Of a DNA stretch of 64,000 nucleotides, positions 9,507-18,929 are shown piece by piece. The notes beneath the pieces are model-generated. The model searched no databases. It was not told the DNA's origin and saw nothing but the letters and a program-made list of their open reading frames with translations. Positions within the stretch are counted from its first letter, which is position 1, and every line of letters starts with the position of its first letter. Position numbers and translations under genes: made by a program. The DNA is from an uncultured virus (IMG/VR IMGVR_UViG_3300003601_000003) (lineage: Duplodnaviria; Heunggongvirae; Uroviricota; Caudoviricetes): the IMG/VR virus record IMGVR_UViG_3300003601_000003. One strand, written 5' to 3'.

Positions 9507-9538
9507 TTTAATTCTCCTTTTCTTTAGTGGTATCATAA

Positions 9539-9841
9539 ATGAAATACCATAAAAGAACTATAAGGAGGTATTCATTGAACCCTTTGCTGAGATACAGAAT
9601 AGACATATCCAAGATAGATCACATCAACGCACAGATTGAAGCATACCAAAGGATGCTCGACTGGTATGAAGGCTGGAAAGATAGAAATGACCCCTATGAA
9701 TACATAGAGGAGCGTATTGAGGATCTTAACGGACAACTCGCTGAGTATCTTATTGCTCGTGAGTTCGCCATAGAAGGTGTTAGAACTTATGACGAGAAAG
9801 ATGGGGGATCATATAAAGATGGGAAACAGGAGAAAAAATGA
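9539..9841 (+). CDS. hypothetical protein
   Basis: ORF coupled by ATGA overlap to the next gene; start uncertain. Confidence 0.5.
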   Translation: MKYHKRTIRRYSLNPLLRYRIDISKIDHINAQIEAYQRMLDWYEGWKDRNDPYEYIEERIEDLNGQLAEYLIAREFAIEGVRTYDEKDGGSYKDGKQEKK

Positions 9842-10047
9842 GTATCGACCAAATTATTGAAGCATATACCTACGCCCGTGTCACAGGTTCTGCTAAACCT
9901 TTAGATCATCTTGATCTCCAAGCCGAGAGATATGTTAAAACAGCTTCCCCACACATAAAGAATAGGATTGATTTCTTGTTCGCAAAGAGTGAGTACGAGG
10001 CAAAGTTGAGGTGCATCAGAAATGAAAACACTAACCGAGAAAGTTGA
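9838..10047 (+). CDS. hypothetical protein
   Basis: ATGA overlap, AGGAG RBS. Confidence 0.55.
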   Translation: MSIDQIIEAYTYARVTGSAKPLDHLDLQAERYVKTASPHIKNRIDFLFAKSEYEAKLRCIRNENTNRES

Positions 10048-10330
10048 TGGTCGAAGAGAATGGTCTTCCTACGGCATTAAGGAACTTCAAAAAGTAATCT
10101 CACATAATGATGACAGTATGAAAGCCATCATACTAGCTAATGCCCTTAGTGAATGTAGTATTAAGAGCGTTGGACATAGATCCTTTAAAATAGGATCTAA
10201 AATGATCCTGTCTATCACCAAAGAGGGTGTTGTAGTGATCAAAGGACTACAAGGGAAGATTGAAGAAATAAAAGACCCTAGAACTCTTTTTGATCGTATT
10301 CGGGTCCTGTGGGGAAATCGCTACCCTTGA
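10022..10330 (+). CDS. hypothetical protein, paralog family with 10321 and 10655
   Basis: Shares G-x-R-x-W-[ST]-x2-[GS]-I N-terminal and L[FW]-x2-[IL]R C-terminal motifs with the two convergent ORFs. Confidence 0.6.
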   Translation: MKTLTEKVDGRREWSSYGIKELQKVISHNDDSMKAIILANALSECSIKSVGHRSFKIGSKMILSITKEGVVVIKGLQGKIEEIKDPRTLFDRIRVLWGNRYP

Positions 10331-10665
10331 TTTCTTTCTGACCATCTCTTTCTGATCTTATCCCACAAGTAGATCAAGTCTCCAATATGACATTGATCCA
10401 AACCAATAACGACCAAACCACTATGTTCTACGGGAGTTATAAACTTAATGTAGCAACTCCAGTTCTCTATTTCTAAAGCCCAACCATTGAGTTGATCTTG
10501 GTTTATTGTTTCACTGAAACCTGCTTCTTTTAATGAATCGCTTAACAAAGATCTGATCGTGTAATGAACATAATCGAGGGGTCTATCATTGTGACAACAA
10601 TCCAAAATCTTACCTATTGAATCTTTTGTCCATACCCTCTCTCCTTCTCGCATTTCAGTTCTCAT
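10321..10665 (-). CDS. hypothetical protein, paralog family
   Basis: EGERVWTKDSIG ... DLIYLWDKIR. Confidence 0.6.
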   Translation of the reverse strand: MRTEMREGERVWTKDSIGKILDCCHNDRPLDYVHYTIRSLLSDSLKEAGFSETINQDQLNGWALEIENWSCYIKFITPVEHSGLVVIGLDQCHIGDLIYLWDKIRKRWSERNQG

Positions 10666-11005
10666 AAAAGCTCTCCCTTAAAATGCCCCATAGAGGGAGA
10701 AGATCCCTTAAAGGACGCAACACCCCATTAATTGCGAATGTTATCTCATCATTATTTGTAATACCATAGCCCAAATTAACATAAGCGACCCAACCTCCAG
10801 TGTTCAGAGACCAGCCACAATCCGAACTTCCTAACATATAGTTCTTTTCAAACCCTACTGCACAAAGACTTTCTTCTAAGACCCCTTTCAAGTCGATAAA
10901 CTTTGCTCGACTATCCTCTTTTTCAAGTCTCTTTTGGATTAGGCTAATACCTTCCTCACTCCAACCCCTCTTACCATCCTTTATCCTAGATAATGAACTA
11001 CTCAT
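10655..11005 (-). CDS. hypothetical protein, paralog family
   Basis: DGKRGWSEEGIS ... DLLPLWGILR. Confidence 0.6.
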   Translation of the reverse strand: MSSSLSRIKDGKRGWSEEGISLIQKRLEKEDSRAKFIDLKGVLEESLCAVGFEKNYMLGSSDCGWSLNTGGWVAYVNLGYGITNNDEITFAINGVLRPLRDLLPLWGILRESFYEN

Positions 11006-11074
11006 AAAAGTCCCCCTTAAAATAGGGTCTCAGTCTTGTTAGGTAACAAGGGTGTTGAGGGATTGGTGATGCAT

Positions 11075-11245
11075 TTATAGTTGGACATCGGGATACCTCT
11101 TGATCTTCTCCCTAGACTCAAGCCAAGCCCTCTTGAGCAACCAAGACACCGTTCGGTCTTGACGCTTGGCTTCAGATTCAAGCTCCTCTGCTATCTGATC
11201 TGGTAAGTAGATTGATCTTTTGTTTTTTGATTTGTTAGTAGCCAT
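11075..11245 (-). CDS. 56-aa ribbon-helix-helix-like small protein resembling the myxobacterial MXAN_4361/4362 (TIGR04563) family
   Basis: Not in ORF track; manual translation MATNKSKNKRSIYLPDQIAEELESEAKRQDRTVSWLLKRAWLESREKIKRYPDVQL; SIYLP...EA.RQDR..SW....AW....EKIK..P pattern. Confidence 0.7.
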   Translation of the reverse strand: MATNKSKNKRSIYLPDQIAEELESEAKRQDRTVSWLLKRAWLESREKIKRYPDVQL

Positions 11246-11393
11246 AGTAAAAAAGTCCTATTCGTATTCCTAAGACATAAGAAGCAATACACGCATAAGT
11301 GAAGTACCTCGCTCTTGGGGTTGAATGAAACAACCCAACACCAAAAGAGAGGAGAAGCAAAATGATGAGTGATAAATAGTAGGGTTCAGCCAT
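11235..11393 (-). CDS. small two-helix membrane protein (52 aa)
   Basis: Manual translation MAEPYYLSLIILLLLSFGVGLFH...YVLGIRIGLFYYGY; overlaps the start of the next gene. Confidence 0.4.
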   Translation of the reverse strand: MAEPYYLSLIILLLLSFGVGLFHSTPRARYFTYACIASYVLGIRIGLFYYGY

Positions 11394-11549
11394 AGTAAGT
11401 TTTCAGACCTATCGACAAAGCCAACATATAAACCATGCAAAGCACGAACATTAGCTCAAACTTGTCTGTTTTATAGACCCTATAAAAGCATACCACCATG
11501 CCGACTAGATATGCTAAGACCCATGCACTGGGGATGGTGGTGATTTGAC

Positions 11550-11942
11550 TCATTTTTCTTCACCCTCTTCTTTGTACCCTGCATGATAAACATACCCACC
11601 CCCGACCACTTTCATGTAGCTGTCGTCATCGCAGTGAGTCATACAAAATAAAACGATCTCAGATCGCTTTAGAATGTGTTTCTCGTTATCGTCTACCCAC
11701 TGCCATGTGGCGATGTCAGCGTCCTCGTGAGCGACATCCTCAACCTCATAGAGAGGCATGGGGAAGCTCTGCGAGGGATTGAAGAACATCCCCATCACAG
11801 AGGGCAAAGACTTCCACCACTCGATGATGGAATCTGTGGTCATCTCATCTGGGATAACACCGATCCAATGTCGGTATCCATACTCCTCTTGGACAAAGAG
11901 GATTCGGGGATCAGTTTGTGTTGGGGTGGTTTGGTCTGTCAT
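11550..11942 (-). CDS. hypothetical protein (putative early gene)
   Basis: Class-2 promoter at 11987-12002; visibly GC-richer codons. Confidence 0.65.
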   Translation of the reverse strand: MTDQTTPTQTDPRILFVQEEYGYRHWIGVIPDEMTTDSIIEWWKSLPSVMGMFFNPSQSFPMPLYEVEDVAHEDADIATWQWVDDNEKHILKRSEIVLFCMTHCDDDSYMKVVGGGYVYHAGYKEEGEEK

Positions 11943-12073
11943 GTTGTCTCTTTTCGAGTCGGTTGGGGGGTTGAATACATAAGGTTATAGATAAGGGGTT
12001 ACACACCTTGAAGTTTAATAGTTTGTTTATATTTTCCTCACTGTAGTTAGTGCATTAAAAAAAAGGTGTAGTT

Positions 12074-12715
12074 ATGAGTAGCGATCAAGGCTTATTGCCG
12101 ATTATGAGTCCTTTATATAACTTACGAGAGATCTGTAAGCAGATCGTCCTACTCGAAGATCACCTTAACCAACCTCGCAAAAGATGCCCCGATTGTATCC
12201 GTAAACATTTCCTCACCATAGAAGCATTATTTGAGGAAGCGGTATCTCTTGATAAAGAGTTGAAATATACAGAGGTGCTAGACAATAAGGCTGAAGAGAT
12301 TAGGAAGCTCCAATCTGTATGGTTAGACACTAGAGAGAGTGAACACGCACATAGGTTTTACCTCATCCTCGCTCAAGCACTTAGAGTTCTCAGAAAGAGC
12401 TTTGCTGAACATTGCTTTGATGTTCGCAAGATGGCGAGCATGGAGCGTAAGGCTAGTTCTTATGTCTGCCCACACATGAGGGTAGCTACTAAAACCGAAT
12501 CTGAAAAAGAGGATGAAGCAGTACAGAAGCTCATTCGTAGATCTCCGAAGAAAAAGCCACCACGCAAAGACCTTCGTAAGAACAGAGTAGAAATCAGCGA
12601 TGACCCCGACCTACAAGGTGTTGGTCGTGGGGATCAAGGCGACCCAGACCTTTCTCGTAGAGATCAAAAGATGGCGAAGCGTATTGCTCTTAAGCATCTG
12701 AACTTAAGAGCGTAA
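12074..12715 (+). CDS. hypothetical protein (CxxC-containing), probable virion/late gene
   Basis: Class-1 promoter; RCPDCIRKH; ends in the KRIALKHL motif. Confidence 0.65.
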   Translation: MSSDQGLLPIMSPLYNLREICKQIVLLEDHLNQPRKRCPDCIRKHFLTIEALFEEAVSLDKELKYTEVLDNKAEEIRKLQSVWLDTRESEHAHRFYLILAQALRVLRKSFAEHCFDVRKMASMERKASSYVCPHMRVATKTESEKEDEAVQKLIRRSPKKKPPRKDLRKNRVEISDDPDLQGVGRGDQGDPDLSRRDQKMAKRIALKHLNLRA

Positions 12716-12718
12716 TCT

Positions 12719-15700
12719 GTGATGTTAAATATACTTCTACTCGAACTGCAAAATGAGCTAGATAAAACAGACAGACTCCTTTTAGAGGCATATCGAGTAG
12801 CCGCACCTCTAAAAAATGAGGACGGTTCTCGTAAACCCACAGTTAAAAAGAAGCGAAAGAAACAGAAACTCACACCAGAGCAGAAGAAGAAACAGAAAAA
12901 AGAACAAAAGATCGTTAAAAAGGTCAAAGAAAAACTCAAAAGCCGCACCTATAAGAGCAGGCAAACTGGTGATGAGTTATCCTTCAACACAGCCTATAAT
13001 CGCAAACACCCTAAAGCGGTCAAAGACTTCAACAAAGCGATGGAAAAGGCTAGGGGTTCTAAAGGGGAATCAAAGAAAGAGGTCAACTACTCGGTAAAAG
13101 CTAAACTTAATGATGAACAGTACGACCTACTATCAAGAATGAACAATGGTCGAGACATGAAAGATATGTCTCTCGTTGAAGAACGCACCATGAGAGACAT
13201 CATGTCACTTCTTATGGACATCCATGAAGAGGTTCGAGAAGAGGTGGGCGAGCCTCCCCCTAAGAAGACAAGAAGTACAAGATCAGATAAAGGTAAGAAG
13301 CGTGGGCCGTATAATAAGAAGGTCAAAGAAAAGCTCACAACCTCTCTTGAAGAAGAAGGTATTGAAGCTGTTGACCTAAATGTTCAAGAGACATCCGACA
13401 TTCCAGAGGAAGAGGTAAAAGAAACTAAAGGAGTCTTAGACGAAAGAGCTAAAGAGAGATCTGAACAAACAGGAGAGGAAGAACCTAAGAAACCCAAGAA
13501 ACCCAAGAAACCCAAGAAACCCAAAGAGCCTATAGATGGTGCTCCTTTACTTGAACAGCCTAGCTATGTCCAAAAGGCAGAAATCAAAGATCGTCTTGAG
13601 AAAGCGTTTAGAGATAATTTAAGTAAAGGCACTAGCGAGAAGATGGAAAAGCTCGAAGATAAACTCCAAGACCCCTCTTTAAGTGATAAAGAAAAGAGAG
13701 ATCTCCAAGAGCAGATCAAGGAACTTGAAAAAAAGGATCTTGCCTCAACTAGAAAAAGCACAAGGACTCTTGTTCAGAGGATAAGTGAAACTGTGGACGC
13801 TCTTGATGAACTCACTGAAGATCAAGTCGAACAAATGGCTGACGCTTACGGTTCTGGTGCAGTCACAGTCGAAGATGTCATGAGAAATAATGGACTCGAT
13901 GGACTACAGTCATACCTCGATGACGAAGTGAAGAATAAAGACTTCGGCCCTCCGAAGCCCCCTTCAGACAGAGAGGGTTTTGCAGAAGAGTTAGGGAAAT
14001 ACCTAGCAATTACCCACGCACAAAAGAGCATTGCAGAAGACCCAGAGTTTGGGTTGCGTGAGTTTCCTAGTGATGGGGATGATCATGATAAAGAGAAACA
14101 CTTAGAGAATGTACGCAGAGTCCAATCAAGACGCTTTAAGAAGATGGACACAGATCAGCGTACTAACATGGTTTCTAGGGTCAAAGAGGATATTGACGAG
14201 GCTATAGAAACCTTAAAAGATGAAGGACTGTCCGAAGATGAAAAGAAGTCCTTACAAGGTAAGATCGCAAACTTAAAATCATCAGAAACTGCCCTCAATA
14301 CAGTACGCATGATAAAAGAGGAAGGTGTCATTGATGGGTATGCTGAAGTACCCGACAAATTGCTTGAGCTTGCAAGGCAAACAGGATCTGAAGCTTGGGA
14401 AGAAGGAATTAGTTTGCTCTCCCAACAAGGCACAAACCCTAGTAAGACACGAGATCTAATTGAGTCGGTCACTGAAAACCTTGACACAGAAGATTTTAAG
14501 GCTGTGGTAGGTGGAGAACAAGGGCCTTATGGTGAAATGCTTGACTTGTTGGATGACGACTATTGTCCAGGTGGTCCAACAAATAATTCTAAAGATCTTG
14601 GTGACAGGAAGCTCAAACCATCAGATGATCCTTGCCCTAATCCTTTATCTGATGACATGAAGAAGATGTTAAGGGATTACATGAGTGGTGGGTTCGTTAA
14701 TCTCTACACAGTCGAAAAAGAATCTAAAGGTGACGGTCACTACAAACCGAAAAAGGGTGATGAGGGGGCTTCCAAGCAAGTTAAGAAGCAGATGAAGGAA
14801 TTTTGGAGAGATAACAAAGAGAAGTTTTTCGAGGTGTTTGTTGATGGGATTGATCTGTCAACAAATAAACCCTATACCGATGAACAAAGAGAAGCGGCAG
14901 GGGAGGAATTCAGAACTAGATGGTTTGCTGAAGAAACTCGGAGTAGCATTGATGGTGTCCAACTCTACAGTGGAAACGCCAAACGCTTTAGGTGGGAGCA
15001 GATACAGCAGGAATTAGAAAAAGTGAAAAATTTAGATGGTGCGATTAAGAGGCAGAAACTTAAAGAGATAAGAACTAGGCTTACAGAGCTGTTTGATGAC
15101 ACAGCAACTCAAGAATCAGAGTCAGCAACCTCAAAAAAACAAGCAAATAATTTTAATAGTTCATTTATTGACACCTACTATAAGAGTGGAGGCACTAAAA
15201 TCATGCAAAAAAGATCTACACAGTATGTTGATTATCAGCGTAGATCCCAAGCGTTTGAACTTGGGATGCGTGTCTATCCCTTTCTTGGGGGTAATCCGTC
15301 AAGGTCTGGTCTGGTTATAGCTATCTTTCCTGCTATTGGTATGGTAGATGTGCAGTTTCCTCATGGTTCGCAACGCTATCCTGTAGAGGATCTTGTAGTA
15401 GATACTTCGGGTGATTACTTGAACATTTACGAAGATGACCAAGATACTATCCCTGGTGGCGTAGGTACTGTTCCTGTTTCATCTCGTTCTGTTAAAAAGC
15501 AAGCTAGTCGTGTCGCCTCCAAGTACATGAAGCAAGCTATTTATTGGTACAAAAGGGATCGTACATATCGCCAATGTCGGCATGAGGTAAAACCTTGTTG
15601 TCCTAAGTGCAAAAACCCACTCGGCAATACTGTTTACAAAAGAAGAGGAGGTAAGAGTGAGAAACTGCTCGCTTGTTATACTTGTCTCTTCATCATCAAA

Positions 15701-15724
15701 CCTTCCGACATCATTAAGGGGTAA
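12719..15724 (+). CDS. large highly charged protein upstream of the head module; C-terminal Zn-ribbon part may also be expressed separately from 15203
   Basis: 1001-aa ORF, K/E-rich, KKP repeats (~13485-13525); CPKC...CYTC at the C-terminus. Confidence 0.65.
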   Translation: MMLNILLLELQNELDKTDRLLLEAYRVAAPLKNEDGSRKPTVKKKRKKQKLTPEQKKKQKKEQKIVKKVKEKLKSRTYKSRQTGDELSFNTAYNRKHPKAVKDFNKAMEKARGSKGESKKEVNYSVKAKLNDEQYDLLSRMNNGRDMKDMSLVEERTMRDIMSLLMDIHEEVREEVGEPPPKKTRSTRSDKGKKRGPYNKKVKEKLTTSLEEEGIEAVDLNVQETSDIPEEEVKETKGVLDERAKERSEQTGEEEPKKPKKPKKPKKPKEPIDGAPLLEQPSYVQKAEIKDRLEKAFRDNLSKGTSEKMEKLEDKLQDPSLSDKEKRDLQEQIKELEKKDLASTRKSTRTLVQRISETVDALDELTEDQVEQMADAYGSGAVTVEDVMRNNGLDGLQSYLDDEVKNKDFGPPKPPSDREGFAEELGKYLAITHAQKSIAEDPEFGLREFPSDGDDHDKEKHLENVRRVQSRRFKKMDTDQRTNMVSRVKEDIDEAIETLKDEGLSEDEKKSLQGKIANLKSSETALNTVRMIKEEGVIDGYAEVPDKLLELARQTGSEAWEEGISLLSQQGTNPSKTRDLIESVTENLDTEDFKAVVGGEQGPYGEMLDLLDDDYCPGGPTNNSKDLGDRKLKPSDDPCPNPLSDDMKKMLRDYMSGGFVNLYTVEKESKGDGHYKPKKGDEGASKQVKKQMKEFWRDNKEKFFEVFVDGIDLSTNKPYTDEQREAAGEEFRTRWFAEETRSSIDGVQLYSGNAKRFRWEQIQQELEKVKNLDGAIKRQKLKEIRTRLTELFDDTATQESESATSKKQANNFNSSFIDTYYKSGGTKIMQKRSTQYVDYQRRSQAFELGMRVYPFLGGNPSRSGLVIAIFPAIGMVDVQFPHGSQRYPVEDLVVDTSGDYLNIYEDDQDTIPGGVGTVPVSSRSVKKQASRVASKYMKQAIYWYKRDRTYRQCRHEVKPCCPKCKNPLGNTVYKRRGGKSEKLLACYTCLFIIKPSDIIKG

Positions 15725-15727
15725 AGC

Positions 15728-17173
15728 ATGGCATTTTTAAGATATGCTAGGGCTAATGTAGTACAGCCCTCTATTCATGGTCTACAATGGGATAAAGTTA
15801 GAATCGCTTCTGGTGATAAAACCATCAATGCCTCGCTCAAAAAGCAAGCTGAGGATATTCTAGGCGAACCTTTCACTCCCGATAGATTTCTACTTACACA
15901 CTCCACAATCGTTTGTTCTGTCGATGCTTTCACGCCTCCTAATACAAAGACAGGCTCGATCACTGAGGGTGGGCAAACCATTAACCGTAAATATGCTGAC
16001 TATCGTATAAGTTCAGATACAGATAAGTTCATCAATAACAACCTCGACTCATGGTCAAGGGAAGTGATCAAGAAGTCTTATCCGACTTTCATTGGTGCTC
16101 ATAACTTTGTTGAGCATATCCAAGTAGAAGAACTCTCAAAAGGTCGCATTATAGATGCAGTCCTTAGAGACATAGGTGAATCTCTATATGTAGACATCCT
16201 TGTCGCCACTGATCGTAAGCATGAAGACTTAGTAAAACAGATCGAGTCGGGTCAAATGAACGCAATGTCTATGGGATGTAGCGTAGACTTTACCATTTGT
16301 ACTAAATGTGGTCATGTAGCCGCTGATGAAACAGAGATGTGTTCTCATGTTAAATATGAGAAGGGCAATGTTTTCTATGATGAGCAAGGAAATCAGCATA
16401 GAGTAGCAGAGCTTTGTGGGCATGAAGATATTGGTGGCACAGCAGGTGTTACCTTCATTGAGGCTTCTTGGGTCGCAACTCCTGCATTTACAGGAGCTGT
16501 TGCTCGAAACACATTAGAGATACCCTCTGCTGATATGGCAAAATCTGCTTCGGATGTGGAACTAAATGAAGTCCCCGAAAAGTGGATCGCCAAAGCCTCT
16601 AGCTTACAAAGTTCTCCTTGGTATGACCCTCATGGTCAACTAACTAAAAAGGCTGGCCCTTTTGATATGGATGAGGATGAAGAAGAAGGTGGAGGCGATG
16701 ACGCTTCAACCCCTTCAGAGTCTTTGCTCAAACAATTAGAATCTGTGTATGAGACTGCTATTGTAGATCGTTTTCGTAAAAAACTAGAGAACGAGATCAA
16801 AGCAGAAAAAGCTCAAGAAGTTATGAACCCCCCAATAGATAAATCTGTCGTTGAGCAAAATGATACGATTATCAAAGAGGGAGTTTCTGCTTCTAAATAT
16901 ATGAGTCTCTTAGATGCTTCTGTTAAAACAGCTAAAACTGTTGAAGAAGCTGTCTTGAACATTACTTTGGTAAACAACCATTGTAAAGTTCATGTCCCGA
17001 CCCATGTTTATAAGTTGGCTAGTGTTCTAGGTACAACAACACAATATAATAGTGTTGTTGATTATCTTGAGCAAGCCAACTACTTAAACGGTAAAAAATT
17101 ATCGAAGCAAGACACTCTTCGTCTTGTAAGATTAGCTAAACTGTTATCCCTTAACACTTACGGGCAGAAATAA
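15728..17173 (+). CDS. prohead (capsid maturation) protease with Zn-finger insertion
   Basis: NFVEH...KGRIIDA...SMGC...CTKCG...CSH...FIEASWVATPA resembles HK97/herpes-type head proteases (H, S, E-x-S-x-V-x2-PA); first gene of the protease-scaffold-capsid order. Confidence 0.7.
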   Translation: MAFLRYARANVVQPSIHGLQWDKVRIASGDKTINASLKKQAEDILGEPFTPDRFLLTHSTIVCSVDAFTPPNTKTGSITEGGQTINRKYADYRISSDTDKFINNNLDSWSREVIKKSYPTFIGAHNFVEHIQVEELSKGRIIDAVLRDIGESLYVDILVATDRKHEDLVKQIESGQMNAMSMGCSVDFTICTKCGHVAADETEMCSHVKYEKGNVFYDEQGNQHRVAELCGHEDIGGTAGVTFIEASWVATPAFTGAVARNTLEIPSADMAKSASDVELNEVPEKWIAKASSLQSSPWYDPHGQLTKKAGPFDMDEDEEEGGGDDASTPSESLLKQLESVYETAIVDRFRKKLENEIKAEKAQEVMNPPIDKSVVEQNDTIIKEGVSASKYMSLLDASVKTAKTVEEAVLNITLVNNHCKVHVPTHVYKLASVLGTTTQYNSVVDYLEQANYLNGKKLSKQDTLRLVRLAKLLSLNTYGQK

Positions 17174-17209
17174 GTCTCGCCCTGTTTCACCCCAGAAAGG
17201 AATTGCCTT

Positions 17210-18787
17210 ATGTCTAGGTATTCTCGTTCTAAGAATATGTCACGCAGGGCAGAACTTGCTCGTAGAAGAAATCGCAGAGCAAACTCTGCCCTTCCAGGTT
17301 CTGATAACCTCGGTTGGGATCACTTCGGTCATCCTGCCTCCTCTGATCAACCCGATGTTGACGCTTATGGACTCGATTCAGAGTTCGGTGAAGGAGTCCG
17401 TAAAGGACCCTATCGCTCAGGCCCAGCTCCTGCCTCTGTAGGTTGGACTCCTGAACACCCTGCTTCTTCTGATGAGACCGCTGAGGATTATGCTCTTACT
17501 GATGATCTTCGCCAAGAGAATCTTAAGAAAGCTATGGAGCGTAAAGCGGCAAAGTGTATTCAAATCGCTGAATCTCGTCTTGGTCGTAGAGCTTCTCAAG
17601 TTGAAGTTGAAGATCTTGCACTACGCATGATGGATCTCCCTAATCGTACTGTTAATGCTCGTGTTGCTCGTCTTGCAGACAATGCTGTACAAGTCGGTAC
17701 TGACTATGATGATGGTCTTGACTTCACAGGTCCAGGTAATGCAAGTGATGAGATTGAAGCTGATGGTCACATGGGTCATGGTATGTTCGATGAATATGAC
17801 ATTGACGGTGATGAAATGATCGACATGAGCGAATGGGGTGGTTCAGACTCTGCATTCAACTCTATGGATACAAACGAAGACGGATTCCTTTCTCGTGATG
17901 AAGTCGCTATGGGTCTTGGTGAGTCATTCGCTGATGATATTGAAGCTGATGATGAACTCGCAAACATCATGGCTGAACTTGAAGCTGATGACATGGGTAT
18001 GAATTCAGCAGATCAACTAGCAGAAGAAATCGCTATGCTCAAAGCGGCAAACGCTCGTCTTGCTCGCAAGGTTCGTAAGCTCGCTGATAATGCTGTACAA
18101 GTTGGCACAGACAATCCAGTTGAAGACCCAGAACTACAGATCGACACTTCTCCAGAAAATGAGCCATCTGAAGGTCAACCTACTCAGCGTCTTGCTAAGA
18201 TTGAACGACTCGCAGAAGCTCTTTCTGCTTATATGTCTGATCGTCAAGCAGGAGATGACATGGCTTCTCTTCTTGCAGAGCTTGAGGCTGATGACTCTCG
18301 TGAAATGAACGATTCAAACTTTGGTTACACTGCCGAAGAAACTGTTGAAGCTCATGATATTGAAGCTCATGAACTTGAAGCTCATGAACTTGAAGCTGAT
18401 GATATTGAAGCTGATGATATTGAAACTCATATGATGGGTGAAGATGTCATGGGGCTTGATATGAACGCTGACGATCTGATGGCTATGGATCCTCGCCTCG
18501 CTTCAATCTTTACTGCATCTGATGAAGAAGATTCTGATGAAGAAGATTCTAGCGAAGAAGATTCTAGCGAAGAAGATTCTAGCGAAGAAGAAAAGACTGA
18601 AGAAGATTCTGAAGAAGAAAAGACTGAGGAAAAGGCTAAGAAGAAAGCTTCTTATCGCCCACGCACCTCAGCTCGTAAATCGGCAGTTAAGACTCTTGGG
18701 AACATTTCTCGTGAGGCTTCAAGAGGTTCAGACGAACTTTCTAAACTTTGGGAATCTGCTCCCGATGTAAGCAAGTTCTTCGGATAA
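17210..18787 (+). CDS. putative capsid scaffolding protein with two EF-hand-like loops
   Basis: Very acidic low-complexity coiled-coil protein between protease and capsid genes; repeats LADNAVQVGTD x2, EAHEL/EADDI, EEDSS; basic-hydrophobic C-terminus. Confidence 0.65.
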   Translation: MSRYSRSKNMSRRAELARRRNRRANSALPGSDNLGWDHFGHPASSDQPDVDAYGLDSEFGEGVRKGPYRSGPAPASVGWTPEHPASSDETAEDYALTDDLRQENLKKAMERKAAKCIQIAESRLGRRASQVEVEDLALRMMDLPNRTVNARVARLADNAVQVGTDYDDGLDFTGPGNASDEIEADGHMGHGMFDEYDIDGDEMIDMSEWGGSDSAFNSMDTNEDGFLSRDEVAMGLGESFADDIEADDELANIMAELEADDMGMNSADQLAEEIAMLKAANARLARKVRKLADNAVQVGTDNPVEDPELQIDTSPENEPSEGQPTQRLAKIERLAEALSAYMSDRQAGDDMASLLAELEADDSREMNDSNFGYTAEETVEAHDIEAHELEAHELEADDIEADDIETHMMGEDVMGLDMNADDLMAMDPRLASIFTASDEEDSDEEDSSEEDSSEEDSSEEEKTEEDSEEEKTEEKAKKKASYRPRTSARKSAVKTLGNISREASRGSDELSKLWESAPDVSKFFG

Positions 18788-18929
18788 GATATAAATAAAC
18801 TGTAATAGTTTATTTATTAATGACGCTATTATATTGGAAAACTTTTGGGGGTCGGTTGTAAGACCACCCTATTCTTAACTACACTACTCTCTTGAAAACA
18901 GAGAGTACGAGCTTAATAGGAGAAATCTC

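Noticed and set aside
18350..18630. Short tandem DNA repeats as a contingency or regulatory locus (also 13485-13525, 23925-23990)
   Set aside because: Unit lengths are multiples of 3 and simply encode low-complexity peptide repeats
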